Both the position numbers and the translations under genes were made by a program. Positions 1 through 12,936 of a DNA stretch of 64,000 nt are shown here, piece after piece. How positions within the stretch are numbered: the first letter of the stretch is position 1; every line of letters begins with the position of its first letter. The notes below the pieces were generated by a model that made no database searches, was not told the origin of the DNA, and was given only the letters and a program-made list of their open reading frames with translations. Source of the stretch: Nitrospinales bacterium (GTDB taxonomy: Bacteria; Nitrospinota; Nitrospinia; Nitrospinales; VA-1); NCBI GenBank assembly GCA_965223795.1, contig CBDCXL010000002.1:736001-800000 (forward strand), read 5' to 3'.

Positions 1-677
1 GTGAACGCGCCCTTTTCGTATCCGAACAATTCGCTTTCGATGAGCGTGTCGGGAAACGCCGAGCAGTTGATGGCCACGAACGGATGCGCGGAGCGCGGGC
101 TGTTGAAATGGATCGCTTTTGCCAACAGCTCTTTTCCGGTTCCGCTTTCTCCAAGAATCAGAACCGTGGTGTTCTGCCGGGCCACCTCTCCGGTGAGTTT
201 TAAGGTGTGCAGGATGCTGGACGCGCGGCCGACGATATCGGGAAATTCGTAGCGTTTTTCCAGATCCTGGCGCATCGCGTTCAACTGGGCGACGAGCTTT
301 TCTTTCTCCAGCTCCAGCTGCTTTTGTTCGGTCAAATCCTTAATGACCCCCATCACGTAAGCGATGCCGCCGCTTTCCCGGTCGTAGATGGGGGTGAAGA
401 TGGTTTCGACCCACACCGTTTTTCCCCCTTTGTGCTCCAGGGTCATGCGTTCTTTTTTGCTGGCCAGCTCCCCGTAACCGGGGGCGTCGCCGCGGCGGTC
501 CTGCAATGTTTTTTTCAGCTCCTCGATCACAGCGCAGGCCTTGTCGACCAGCCCCTCCCTCGAGATGCCGTACAGTTCCTCACAGGCCCGGTTGAACAAA
601 ACCAGGCGGCGGTCGTTGGAAACGATGTAAATGCCGTCGAGGGCGCTGTCCAGAACGTATTCCAGATCGTATTTCAT
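1..677 (-). CDS. PAS-domain sigma54-dependent activator (NtrC/Fis family), truncated by the window edge
   Basis: Manual translation from ATG 677: [20 protein letters not shown] (PAS-like) ... [29 protein letters not shown] (AAA+ GAFTGA region). Confidence 0.9.
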   Translation of the reverse strand, partial: MKYDLEYVLDSALDGIYIVSNDRRLVLFNRACEELYGISREGLVDKACAVIEELKKTLQDRRGDAPGYGELASKKERMTLEHKGGKTVWVETIFTPIYDRESGGIAYVMGVIKDLTEQKQLELEKEKLVAQLNAMRQDLEKRYEFPDIVGRASSILHTLKLTGEVARQNTTVLILGESGTGKELLAKAIHFNSPRSAHPFVAINCSAFPDTLIESELFGYEKGAF

Positions 678-898
678 GGATCCCTCATAGAGAAAAATGA
701 CGTTTTATTTGGTATTCGCAGGCGGCAACTTTCAGCCGCTGCGTGAAATTTTGGCTAGCCGATGGACTTCAATGAATTCAGAACGTTAACAGGAAAGCCT
801 TGCAGGTTCCGGCCGAATTCCGCCGGTCCGATGGAATCGGCGCCGCGGAGGGTCCCGCGTAACCTAAAGGAACGTAACGAGATATGGGAAATTGAATA

Positions 899-915
899 CC
901 GGCATATGAGTTGCA
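899..915 (+). promoter_or_regulatory. sigma54 -24/-12 promoter for the gene at 1058
   Basis: CCGGCATATGAGTTGCA = GG-N10-GC with TTGCA; divergent from a sigma54 activator. Confidence 0.65.
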
Positions 916-1057
916 ATATAACCATCATCAATCAATCCGCAAGGGGTTTTGTCGGAGCGACACTCGGGGAAGGGATTGGACTTTGCCTTGAGCCGGTGCG
1001 TTTTTCTGAACCCTCTGCGTATTCTTAACTACTCGACAATGCTAAAGGAGTCGAAAC

Positions 1058-1450
1058 ATGCATACGAAGAAAGCTGTGTTTGTGTTTCTTGTGGTGTTTG
1101 CGGTGTTCGGTTTCAATTCTCTGGCCGGCGCGGCCGATGCGGACCCCTGGTTCGTGGAAGACATAAAAGGCGATCAGGCCATCCTGGAGCCTGGCACCAC
1201 CACTTATTGCAACAAGGATTTCAAGGTGGAAAATATGAGCGACCAGGAAGCCGAGGTGCAGATTATTCTCGGCAACGGCGCCAAATACGCGCATGAAATG
1301 CTGGAGCCGAAAGCCAGCAAGAGCTTCAAGCTCGGAGGCGGTTACGAGATGGCTGAGGGATGGCATGCCCCGGAGAGCATCCATGTGGATGACGCCCGCA
1401 TCGTGAACGTCACCGGTGGCACTTCCGAACTGAAAGTGCACTGCAAGTAA
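1058..1450 (+). CDS. secreted hypothetical protein
   Basis: RBS AAGGAG; signal peptide ending AGA-A; 130 aa. Confidence 0.8.
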   Translation: MHTKKAVFVFLVVFAVFGFNSLAGAADADPWFVEDIKGDQAILEPGTTTYCNKDFKVENMSDQEAEVQIILGNGAKYAHEMLEPKASKSFKLGGGYEMAEGWHAPESIHVDDARIVNVTGGTSELKVHCK

Positions 1451-1787
1451 GCAATCAACGGGAAAAAAATAAGTAAAGCAATCCCCGGTCTGCTTTCGGC
1501 CCCGCTTCTCAACCCTAGAGTGAGGACAATGCAATGCCTCACTGAGAGCGGGATTCCGGAGGCAGGCCGGAGAACCGTCCCCCCATCCCCGCCTGGAACC
1601 GTCTTGTTAAGCGGTAAAATTTATCCCTATTCCTGAAGTTATCGGCTATAATCGGCAGTGAGGGTGAAGGAATTTTGCGGCGTTGGCGTTCCCGCCGATG
1701 CCGAACTCAATCCAACTTATTGTTTTTAAAACACATACCTGACATTCACGTGCCGCAGGGCATGGAGAAGAAAACCCGGCCGGGGCC

Positions 1788-1816
1788 TTGACAAATCCGG
1801 TGCGGGTCCCTATATT
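1788..1816 (+). promoter_or_regulatory. sigma70 promoter of yqeY-dnaG-rpoD
   Basis: TTGACA-N17-TATATT. Confidence 0.7.
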
Positions 1817-1842
1817 CTCCCATTTACTTTATTTGTAAGCCT

Positions 1843-2292
1843 ATGAGTTTAAAGGAACTCCTCCTTTCCGACCTGAAAGGGGCCTTAAAAGCGCGTGATT
1901 CGATACGGCTCAACACCATCCGCGGCCTCAACACTGAGATAAAAAACCGGGAAATCGATCTCGGGCAAAAGGATCTGGACGACGAGGCCGTGGTGTCCCT
2001 CATCGCCACACAGATCAAAAAGAGAAAAGAAGCGATCGTCCACTTTGAAAAGGGCGGCCGCAAGGAGCTGGCGGATCAGGAAAAGCAGGAGATGGAGGTG
2101 CTGAAGCAGTACCTTCCGGAGCAGGTGTCCGAGGACGCCATCCGGAAACGGGTTCAGGAAGTGGTTGAAGAATTGAATGCTAAAAGCCTATCGGATCTTG
2201 GAAAAGTAATGAAGGTGCTGGTCCCTGAATTCAAAGGGAAAGCGGACAACAAGGTGATCAAGGATCTGGTCGGCGAGCGGTTGAAACCCTAG
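1843..2292 (+). CDS. yqeY: GatB/YqeY domain protein
   Basis: MSLKELLLSDLKGALKARD...YLPEQ...DLGKVM; usual position upstream of dnaG. Confidence 0.9.
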   Translation: MSLKELLLSDLKGALKARDSIRLNTIRGLNTEIKNREIDLGQKDLDDEAVVSLIATQIKKRKEAIVHFEKGGRKELADQEKQEMEVLKQYLPEQVSEDAIRKRVQEVVEELNAKSLSDLGKVMKVLVPEFKGKADNKVIKDLVGERLKP

Positions 2293-2527
2293 TTTTATCT
2301 TCCCATCTGCAATCGTGGCGGTAACAAATCGGACTCCCTCAGGGGATCGATGAAACTGTGCTCCCCCTCGAGGCATGCCCGGATTCTGGCGGTCCGAACG
2401 CGGGGTGGCGGTCGGTATGCTATCGAAAGATCCGATTTCCCCTGGAAATCCGTTGAGTGAAATCCCGGCGCCGGGCCGGTTGCAGGGCGCATGAATTGCG
2501 GTAAGCTGGGATTGAGGTCCTGATACG

Positions 2528-4300
2528 GTGAATCGATCGATACCGGAAAACATCATTGAGGAAATCCGTGCCCGCACGGATATCGTGGAGGTCGTATCGG
2601 AAGTGGTGCTGCTCAAAAAGAGCGGCAAAAACCACAAGGGGCTTTGTCCGTTCCATGCGGAAAAAACGCCCTCCTTCACGGTGAGCCCGGACAAGCAGAT
2701 CTACCATTGCTTCGGCTGCGGCGCCGGCGGCAATGTGTTCAAGTTCCTCATGGAGACGCGCAGTCTATCTTTCATTGAGGTGCTGAAGATTCTGGCCCCG
2801 CGCGCTTCGGTGACGCTGCCCTCGCCCGCCCGCAGCGGGCAGCAGGAAAAAGCCCACCGGGAACGCGAACGGCTGCTTCAGATCAACCGCTGGACGGCGG
2901 ACTATTTTCAACAGGCCCTGAAACATCCCGTTGCGGGCAAAGCGGCGAGGGAATACATTGAATCTCGTGACATCGAGGACCGCATCGTCGAGGAATACCA
3001 GCTCGGGTGGGCGCCGCCGGGCTGGCGCAACCTGATCACGGCGGCGGGCAGAAAACGGGATGTTTCCCGGCAGGAGCTGGAAAAGGCGGGTCTGATCGTC
3101 AAAAAAGAGAACGGCACGGACCATTACGACCGGTTTCGCGCCCGGATCCTGTTTCCGCTCAAGGATCTGTATGGATACACCGTCGGTTTCGCGGGCAGGG
3201 TGATCGATGAGGGCCAGCCCAAATACATGAACTCGCCGGAAACCGAGCTTTACAAAAAGAGCCGGATTCTGTTCGGCCTGGACAAGGCGCGCGAGGCGAT
3301 CCGGCGGGAAAACCGGGTCTGCATCTTCGAGGGGTATTTCGACCAGATCCGCGCCGCCCAGCACGGGATCCGCCACACGGTGGCCACTTGCGGCACCGCG
3401 CTGACCCCGGCGCAGGCCAGCCTGCTGAAAAACCACACGGACCACGCCGTTCTGGTGTTCGACGCGGACGCGGCGGGGCAGACAGCGGCGCAGCGGGGTT
3501 TCGATGTGCTTTTCGAGCACGGGATGAAGGTGAGCGTCATTGTTCTTCCGAACGGTCACGATCCGGATTCCTATATCCGGCAATTCGGCCCCGAATCCTT
3601 TTTAAAACAAATTGAAAACGCCAGGCCCTTTATTGAATCTAATATAGAGAACGCCATCGCAAACGGAGATGTCCGGACCCCCTCCGGCCGGATGGAGATC
3701 GTCAACCAGGTGCTGCCGCTGCTGCTCAAGGTGAAAAACCCGCTCGAGCAGACCGAATGGGTGCGGTATTTTTCGGACCGGGTGGGCGTCGAAGACAAAG
3801 CCCTGCACCAGCAGGTGAAACAGGCCTTGAGCCAGAACCGGAAAACGGTCGCTGCCCCGGCCCAACCCGCCCGGAGCAAACAGGATCCGGAGCTGTATTT
3901 AGTTCACTTGATGCTGGCCGATAAGGAAATTGCCGGAATCGTTCAGAACCGCATCGCTCTGGATGAATTCAGCGACCAGCAACTGCGCACGGTGGCCGGC
4001 ATGATTTACGAGCTTCTGGACAAGGGACAGCCGGTCCAGATCGACCGCCTGGTGGACCGGACGGAACGGCCGGAAATCAAGACGCTGCTCACGCGCATCG
4101 GCATGCAGCCGATCGCTTTCGAAAAACCGGACCAGGCGGCGGACGACTGCCTGCGGGGAATGCGGAAACGCAACCTGGAAGCGAAAATCAAGGAACTGAA
4201 ACGGCAACGGAGCGAGGCGGAAAAGGCCGGCGAGTCGGAGCGTTCCCGGGAGATCCACAGCCGGCTGCGCGAGCTTCAGATGACTGTGTCTCCCGGATGA
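2528..4300 (+). CDS. dnaG: DNA primase
   Basis: CPFH-EKTPSF...CFGC zinc finger; KYMNSPET; EGYFD; FDADAAG TOPRIM; DPD. Confidence 0.97.
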   Translation: MNRSIPENIIEEIRARTDIVEVVSEVVLLKKSGKNHKGLCPFHAEKTPSFTVSPDKQIYHCFGCGAGGNVFKFLMETRSLSFIEVLKILAPRASVTLPSPARSGQQEKAHRERERLLQINRWTADYFQQALKHPVAGKAAREYIESRDIEDRIVEEYQLGWAPPGWRNLITAAGRKRDVSRQELEKAGLIVKKENGTDHYDRFRARILFPLKDLYGYTVGFAGRVIDEGQPKYMNSPETELYKKSRILFGLDKAREAIRRENRVCIFEGYFDQIRAAQHGIRHTVATCGTALTPAQASLLKNHTDHAVLVFDADAAGQTAAQRGFDVLFEHGMKVSVIVLPNGHDPDSYIRQFGPESFLKQIENARPFIESNIENAIANGDVRTPSGRMEIVNQVLPLLLKVKNPLEQTEWVRYFSDRVGVEDKALHQQVKQALSQNRKTVAAPAQPARSKQDPELYLVHLMLADKEIAGIVQNRIALDEFSDQQLRTVAGMIYELLDKGQPVQIDRLVDRTERPEIKTLLTRIGMQPIAFEKPDQAADDCLRGMRKRNLEAKIKELKRQRSEAEKAGESERSREIHSRLRELQMTVSPG

Positions 4301-4362
4301 ACAGTGAATAAACCGGACATGAACCCATCACCCCGTTCTTTTTTTTAGGAGAAACCGCGGCA

Positions 4363-6135
<1,773 letters not shown>

Positions 6136-6149
6136 CCCCTTAGGCACGG

Positions 6150-6226
6150 GGGCCCATAGCTCAGTTGGTTAGAGCCCCCGGCTCATAACCGGGTTGTCCC
6201 AGGTTCGAATCCTGGTGGGCCCACCA
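6150..6226 (+). tRNA. tRNA with CAT anticodon, most likely tRNA-Ile2 (lysidine); elongator Met not excluded
   Basis: GGGCCCA/TGGGCCC acceptor stem, CTCATAA loop, GGTTCGAATCC, encoded CCA; lies downstream of rpoD like E. coli ileX. Confidence 0.9.
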
Positions 6227-6335
6227 ATCCTGCGCGGATGGCGAGTTTGCTCACGACGCGCAGTCCTTTTTGATTTCGGTTCGAACTTTTTCTCCCGGCC
6301 TCGACCAATCCTGCGCGGATGGCGAATTTGCTCAC
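6223..6335 (+). repeat. 32-bp direct repeat, two copies, period 81, starting at the tRNA ACCA end
   Basis: ACCAATCCTGCGCGGATGGCGA(G/A)TTTGCTCAC at 6223-6254 and 6304-6335. Confidence 0.9.
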
Positions 6336-6395
6336 AAAGGGCAAGGACGTTTTACCGGAACTACAGACGGTTTCTGCATAAAAATCATCGAAATC

Positions 6396-6432
6396 AATGG
6401 GTCGCGGTTCAAATCGCGGCCCATTTTTTTTT
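6396..6432 (+). terminator. intrinsic terminator of the rpoD/tRNA transcript
   Basis: AATGGGTCGCG-loop-CGCGGCCCATT followed by a T-run. Confidence 0.7.
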
Positions 6433-6721
6433 GGAAGCATTCAACCACACTTCCCAATCCATTCTTTTTTATTAAGGAAAAACAGGAGAGCCGCGCGTAT
6501 AGATATTATCCAGGCGTTGACGGGAATCCCGGTTGTGACTTGGAAATGAACTCATCCAAGAAATATGCAGGCTACTTTCTTTCGTTGCGGCATCGATTTC
6601 CGGATTTTGAAGTTGCCGCTCATTATCCTGCAGGTGCCCCCGCCCATAAGCCTGATTTCGGGTTAAGCCGGGAATAGATTTTTTTCCATGTCTCAATCGA
6701 TTTATCAATCACCCGCTACGC

Positions 6722-8245
6722 TTATAAGCCAACGGGAATATCCCTGTAATCAAAAACCGCATTGGTGATGACTCCGTTATCCAATTTCAATTCGGTTTTT
6801 ACGATTTTAGCTCCTCCTTCAAAGGCGTTTTTGACAGCGGCACGGACTTCTTTCCAGTCCGAAACTTTTCCGGTCAATCGCACCACTCCGTTTTCTACGG
6901 TAACAATGATGTCATCCTGGTCCACAAGAAAACTCCAAAACAACTCATCCCGCACATCCTCGTAAATTTCCAGATCGTTTTTCCAGGGCCAGGTAGACCG
7001 GACAGACAAATTATTTTCAATGCCCTCCACCCCCTTCACTACGGATACGACCTTTTCCACCAAGGCTTTATCTTTGAGAGCGTTTACTTCCCCATTCAAT
7101 CTGACTTTTTTTTCATCAACTGTAACCTCAATTTCAAACTTGCCGGTCAGCGGATGCGATGCGAGTGCCTCTTGGACAAGAGACTTCAATTTCCCTTCTT
7201 CAATGAGGGCTTGCTCATTCACTACCAGCAGATTATTGACGACCTGCCTCACACCAACCGTATTGGAAGCATCCTGCTCGGCCGCTTTTTTTGTCATCAA
7301 GCGCCCCACTTTCCCAGTCAGGGTCACCACTCCATCTTCTACCAGGATATCAATGGAAAAGGGTTCCACCCTTGGATCCAACGCTAAAGTTTCTTCGACA
7401 GTTTTTTTGATTTCATCGTCTTTCAGGTTTTCCTCTGGATTTATTCTGAGAAGATCGTTTTTACGAATCCAAGAATTGATGATCAGAGCATCATCATCGA
7501 CCTCCTTGACTCCTGTAGTCCAGGAATTGAAGATCACTCTATTTTTTTCTTCTTCGCTGCCAACCACTCCATTGAGAATCACTTTTCCGTTCTTTACATG
7601 AATATGAATTGCCTGATCAAAAATCCACACGTTGGACTTGAGGCGGCGCTGAATTTCAGCTTTGATCTCACGATCGGACCGGGTGGATGGTTTATCCATT
7701 TCAATGACATTTTTAATTTTCTTGACGCCTTTGACACTTTTTGCAACCTCTGATGCCATAATTTTTTCCTGCGGTGAGTCTACTTTTCCACCCAGTGTGA
7801 CCACGCCGTCTTCAACGTTTACCGTGATTTCATGAGCTTCCGTTGCGGGATCCCGCTCAAGAGCTTGCTCAATGTCCTGAACAATCGCTTCATCTGACTT
7901 TTTTTCCGGAATCACCTCAATCTGATCGACCACGGCTCGAACCCCCTGTATCGTTTGCACGATTTCTACAATCCGTTCTTTAGCCAGAAGGTTTGAAACG
8001 ATTCCTGATACGGTCACTATTCCATTCTGGGTACTCACGTCGATCTGCAAAGCGTCCAAGGAGATATCATTAATATAAAAACTTTTCTGGATCGCGGAAT
8101 TGATATTTTTATCGGTTATCTTTGGAATGAGTGCCCAAACAGAAGATGTCACACCAAGGCAAGCTATGACAATCAGACAGAGAGACAATAAATACGCCCG
8201 CACGATTTTTTTATTCGCAAATTTTGTTTTTCTTCGAACTAACAT
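6722..8245 (-). CDS. periplasmic multi-BON domain (OsmY-like) protein, about 6 BON domains
   Basis: N-terminal hydrophobic signal; repeated D..I...I.V.V.DGVVTL.G.V...A..V.GV..V.N.L units. Confidence 0.9.
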   Translation of the reverse strand: MLVRRKTKFANKKIVRAYLLSLCLIVIACLGVTSSVWALIPKITDKNINSAIQKSFYINDISLDALQIDVSTQNGIVTVSGIVSNLLAKERIVEIVQTIQGVRAVVDQIEVIPEKKSDEAIVQDIEQALERDPATEAHEITVNVEDGVVTLGGKVDSPQEKIMASEVAKSVKGVKKIKNVIEMDKPSTRSDREIKAEIQRRLKSNVWIFDQAIHIHVKNGKVILNGVVGSEEEKNRVIFNSWTTGVKEVDDDALIINSWIRKNDLLRINPEENLKDDEIKKTVEETLALDPRVEPFSIDILVEDGVVTLTGKVGRLMTKKAAEQDASNTVGVRQVVNNLLVVNEQALIEEGKLKSLVQEALASHPLTGKFEIEVTVDEKKVRLNGEVNALKDKALVEKVVSVVKGVEGIENNLSVRSTWPWKNDLEIYEDVRDELFWSFLVDQDDIIVTVENGVVRLTGKVSDWKEVRAAVKNAFEGGAKIVKTELKLDNGVITNAVFDYRDIPVGL

Positions 8246-8328
8246 AATCCCACCCCTAATAGTTAACAACGTTCCATGCAGCCATCACGAATCTTCCATA
8301 GAATTCTTTACTGAACCTGACGAAAACG

Positions 8329-8377
8329 AAAAATATCCGGCCTCTATTAAATTGAAAAAGAGGCCGGATATTTTTTT
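8329..8377 (-). terminator. terminator-like hairpin between the small ORF and the BON gene
   Basis: AAAAATATCCGGCCTC ... GAGGCCGGATATTTTT inverted repeat. Confidence 0.6.
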
Positions 8378-8378
8378 G

Positions 8379-8567
8379 TCAGGCTGCCATTTTCCATTCT
8401 TGTTTGTCTTGATTCTCATTCGTTACCGGGTTGTCGAGCGGCACCCTGTAGCCGCCTTTTCGGATTTTCTGATAAATCAGTTCACCTGTGAATGCGATGG
8501 CAATGATCCCGACAAGTGCAACCGAAAATACGTTAAAAATGGATACATTCATCAGAAATTCAAACAT
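8379..8567 (-). CDS. small single-pass membrane protein
   Basis: RBS AAGGAGG; one hydrophobic helix; 62 aa. Confidence 0.65.
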   Translation of the reverse strand: MFEFLMNVSIFNVFSVALVGIIAIAFTGELIYQKIRKGGYRVPLDNPVTNENQDKQEWKMAA

Positions 8568-8998
8568 TGCTCATTCCCTCCTTTGATGAACAAGAAAATA
8601 AAAACAGTTGCCAAGGCGAGGCAATCCGCTCTTGGCTTGTACCGGTTGTCTTTTAATTCAATAAAATGAGAAAAAGGCTATGGCAAGCTTGGAAAAGTAA
8701 AATTTTTTTAATTTGATTCTATGATTGGATGTCCGAAAGGCACTGAGCAGGCACGGAAGGCGCGCGGTGGATGGAAATCTTGATCCCGAAAAAATTAAAA
8801 ACTTTTAATATTCTTGACTTTTAAAAAAGCGATTTTATCTCTCGCACAACAAAACAATTGCCCGGGAGGGCGGCGGCGAAAAACATTTTAATACCTTAAA
8901 TTCAACTACTTAAAGGGGATAGCGAATTCGCTCAATACTGTTTTACTTAAACTGTTTTTCGCGCCTCATCATTCAATATTTTTCATCGGAGGTTTGTC

Positions 8999-9304
8999 AT
9001 GAAAAAGCTGGTGGTTCTGATGATTGCAGCAGCATTTTGCGTCGTTGGTTCAGGAGTCGCTTTGGCAGATGAACCTGCACCCCTTGAATGGGATCGTCAT
9101 GCAGTTTGGACCAAATGGTCTGAAGAAGACGGCAATCGCTCTCCGGATAAGCCAGGCACCATGGAAACTCCTTCTGGCGCCAAAGAGAATGTGACGATTC
9201 ACACCACAAGCAATATGGATCGGACGGACTTTGTTTCCGGGTTCGATTTCATACGAGAAACCAAGGAATATGATTATTCAAGAGAAAAGGGGAATTCTGC
9301 CTGA
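8999..9304 (+). CDS. small secreted hypothetical protein
   Basis: RBS GGAGG; signal peptide MKKLVVLM...ALA; terminator follows. Confidence 0.8.
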   Translation: MKKLVVLMIAAAFCVVGSGVALADEPAPLEWDRHAVWTKWSEEDGNRSPDKPGTMETPSGAKENVTIHTTSNMDRTDFVSGFDFIRETKEYDYSREKGNSA

Positions 9305-9335
9305 TTTGAGTCTTGCTTCGTTGGTTTGAATAATT

Positions 9336-9368
9336 GAGCGGCTTCTCCTTAGGAGAAGCCGCTTTTTT
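9336..9368 (+). terminator. intrinsic terminator
   Basis: GAGCGGCTTCTCCT-T-AGGAGAAGCCGCTTTTTT. Confidence 0.8.
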
Positions 9369-9577
9369 CATTGTTTCTCAAATTTATATTCAATGAATGG
9401 ATGCGGGATAAAAGTAATACAAATATCATGCTGCACAATGAGTTTAATAAAAAACTGCTTCTTTTGACTGTTATCTTAATAGTCGTGTCCTACATCTATA
9501 CAAGCTGGTGATTCATTCAATTGCATGAAATTGGCCTGCCTTTGTCAATCACACCGGCTTTCAGTTCAGTGATTCGA

Positions 9578-11089
<1,512 letters not shown>

Positions 11090-11125
11090 GGCGCGATGGC
11101 TCCCCGTTGACGTCGTTGGCTGTAG

Positions 11126-11186
11126 CGATATTTCGTCACTCCCCCGGATTCTAGCACGATATCTCATCAATAGCGATTTTTCGCGA
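11126..11186. promoter_or_regulatory. putative upstream activator sites (3 copies)
   Basis: CGATATTTCGTCA 11126, CGATATCTCATCA 11157, CGATTTTTCGCGA 11174. Confidence 0.5.
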
Positions 11187-11252
11187 CAACGCCACACCCG
11201 CCCAAAACCAGCCAACTCAATATATTTCAATGATTAATTTGACCACCGCCCG

Positions 11253-11269
11253 CTGGCACGCAACCTGCT
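11253..11269 (+). promoter_or_regulatory. sigma54 -24/-12 promoter of the SDR operon
   Basis: CTGGCACGCAACCTGCT, near consensus TGGCACG-N4-TTGC. Confidence 0.8.
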
Positions 11270-11329
11270 CTACCCCCTTTTAGAAAACAGACGCAAGTCC
11301 AACTTCAATTTGATTCGGAGGTTAAAACG

Positions 11330-12067
11330 ATGACGCAGAAAACCAAAACCGCATTGATCACCGGAGCCTCGAGCGGCATCGGTCTCGACGCCGCCAAGGG
11401 GTTCCTGGCAAACGGATTCAACCTGGTGCTCAACTCCCGCAGTGCGGAAAAGCTGGAGGAAGCCGCGCTGTCTTTGAACGCGGTGAACCGCATCGCCCTG
11501 GTCGCGGGCGACATCGGCGACCGCACGACCGGGGAACGAATGGTCGCCGCCGCCGTCGACCGCTTCGGCGGTGTGGATGTGCTGGTGAACAACGCCGGCA
11601 TCTTCGGGTTGAAGCCGTTTTTGGAAAACACCGAGGCCGACCTCGACCGCTACATCCACATCAACCTCAAGGGCACGTATTTCGTCACCCAGGCGGTGGT
11701 GCGGCAGATGAAAAAGCAGGGCGGCGGCAACATCGTCAACATCGGCACCGTCCTCATCAACCATTCGATGGCCGGGCTTCCCGCCAGCGCCGCGCTGATC
11801 ACCAAAGGCGGCGTGCACGCGCTGACCACCAGCCTGGCGAGCGAGCTGGCGGCGGATCGTATCCAGGTCAACGCCGTCGCTCCGGGCGTGATCCGCACCC
11901 CCATTTACGGCGATTCGGATATGGACGCGTTCGGCGGCGTCGCCCTGATGAACCGTGTGGGCGAAGTGCAGGAGATCACCGACGCGGTGCTGCATCTGGC
12001 CACAGCGAGTTTCACGACCGGCGTCATTCTGCCGGTGGACGGCGGCTACGTCAGCGGCCGCAACTGA
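11330..12067 (+). CDS. short-chain dehydrogenase/reductase
   Basis: TGASSGIG; NNAG; VNAVAPG; catalytic YxxxK replaced by ALITK. Confidence 0.92.
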   Translation: MTQKTKTALITGASSGIGLDAAKGFLANGFNLVLNSRSAEKLEEAALSLNAVNRIALVAGDIGDRTTGERMVAAAVDRFGGVDVLVNNAGIFGLKPFLENTEADLDRYIHINLKGTYFVTQAVVRQMKKQGGGNIVNIGTVLINHSMAGLPASAALITKGGVHALTTSLASELAADRIQVNAVAPGVIRTPIYGDSDMDAFGGVALMNRVGEVQEITDAVLHLATASFTTGVILPVDGGYVSGRN

Positions 12068-12096
12068 ACCGAAACAATTCCCAAAGGAGAAAGACC

Positions 12097-12444
12097 ATGA
12101 ACCCGAAACAAGCCACAGCCAGTCATGAAGTCCGACAGGTCCACGATGCGGATTTCGAATCCTCGGTGATCCAGTCCGGCAAACCGGTGCTGGTGGATTT
12201 CTGGGCGGACTGGTGCCAGCCCTGCCATCAGATCGCTCCCGCCGTGCAGGCGCTGGCGGAAGAGTACGGAGACCGCGTCCGGGTGGCGAAGCTGAACGTG
12301 GACGAAAATCCGGCGAGCGCCGCGAAATACGGCATCCGCAGCATTCCCGCCCTGCTGCTGTTCAAGGACGGGCAGGTCGTCAAACAGATGGTGGGCGTGC
12401 GGCCCAAGCAGGAAATCGCGCGCGGCATCGAAGCGCATCTCTGA
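12097..12444 (+). CDS. trxA: thioredoxin
   Basis: VLVDFWADWCQPC; IRSIP. Confidence 0.92.
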   Translation: MNPKQATASHEVRQVHDADFESSVIQSGKPVLVDFWADWCQPCHQIAPAVQALAEEYGDRVRVAKLNVDENPASAAKYGIRSIPALLLFKDGQVVKQMVGVRPKQEIARGIEAHL

Positions 12445-12501
12445 TCCTTTCCAAGTCGAACAAAACCAAATACAAATCCTTAACAGAAAGGAAAACACAA
12501 A

Positions 12502-12864
12502 ATGAAAACAGCTATCGTTGTACTTTCCGATCCTAAAAACGGCTCCGAGGAATCGCTGGGCCGCGTCTTCAACGCTCTGGCGGCGGCATACGATTTCAAG
12601 AACGCCGGCAAAGACGTTTCCATCCTGTTTCAGGGCGCAGGCACCCGCTGGCCGGAGGTTCTGCAGAAGGAGGACCACCCCGCGCACGATCTGTTCGAGG
12701 CGGTGACGGACAAGATCGAAGGCGTGTCCTGCGCCTGCGCGGAAGTGTTCGGCGCCGACACCACCGGTTACGACCTCATCAAGGACAATTCGGTTCCGAA
12801 AACCACCGGCCTGCCCAGCCTGAGCAAACTGCAGGAACAGGGTTACAACGTGCTCACTTTCTAA
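12502..12864 (+). CDS. DsrE/DsrF-like protein
   Basis: GRVFNAL...V.ILFQGAG...SCACAEVFG. Confidence 0.7.
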   Translation: MKTAIVVLSDPKNGSEESLGRVFNALAAAYDFKNAGKDVSILFQGAGTRWPEVLQKEDHPAHDLFEAVTDKIEGVSCACAEVFGADTTGYDLIKDNSVPKTTGLPSLSKLQEQGYNVLTF

Positions 12865-12936
12865 CAACCGGACACCCCCCTGCCTCAAGCAGGGGGTGTT
12901 CGATTCTCACACACTTAGAGGAAAGGACGGCGCACC

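Noticed and set aside
6399..6424. tRNA fragment/att site (GGTTCAAAT loop)
   Set aside because: Better explained as the terminator hairpin with a T-tail
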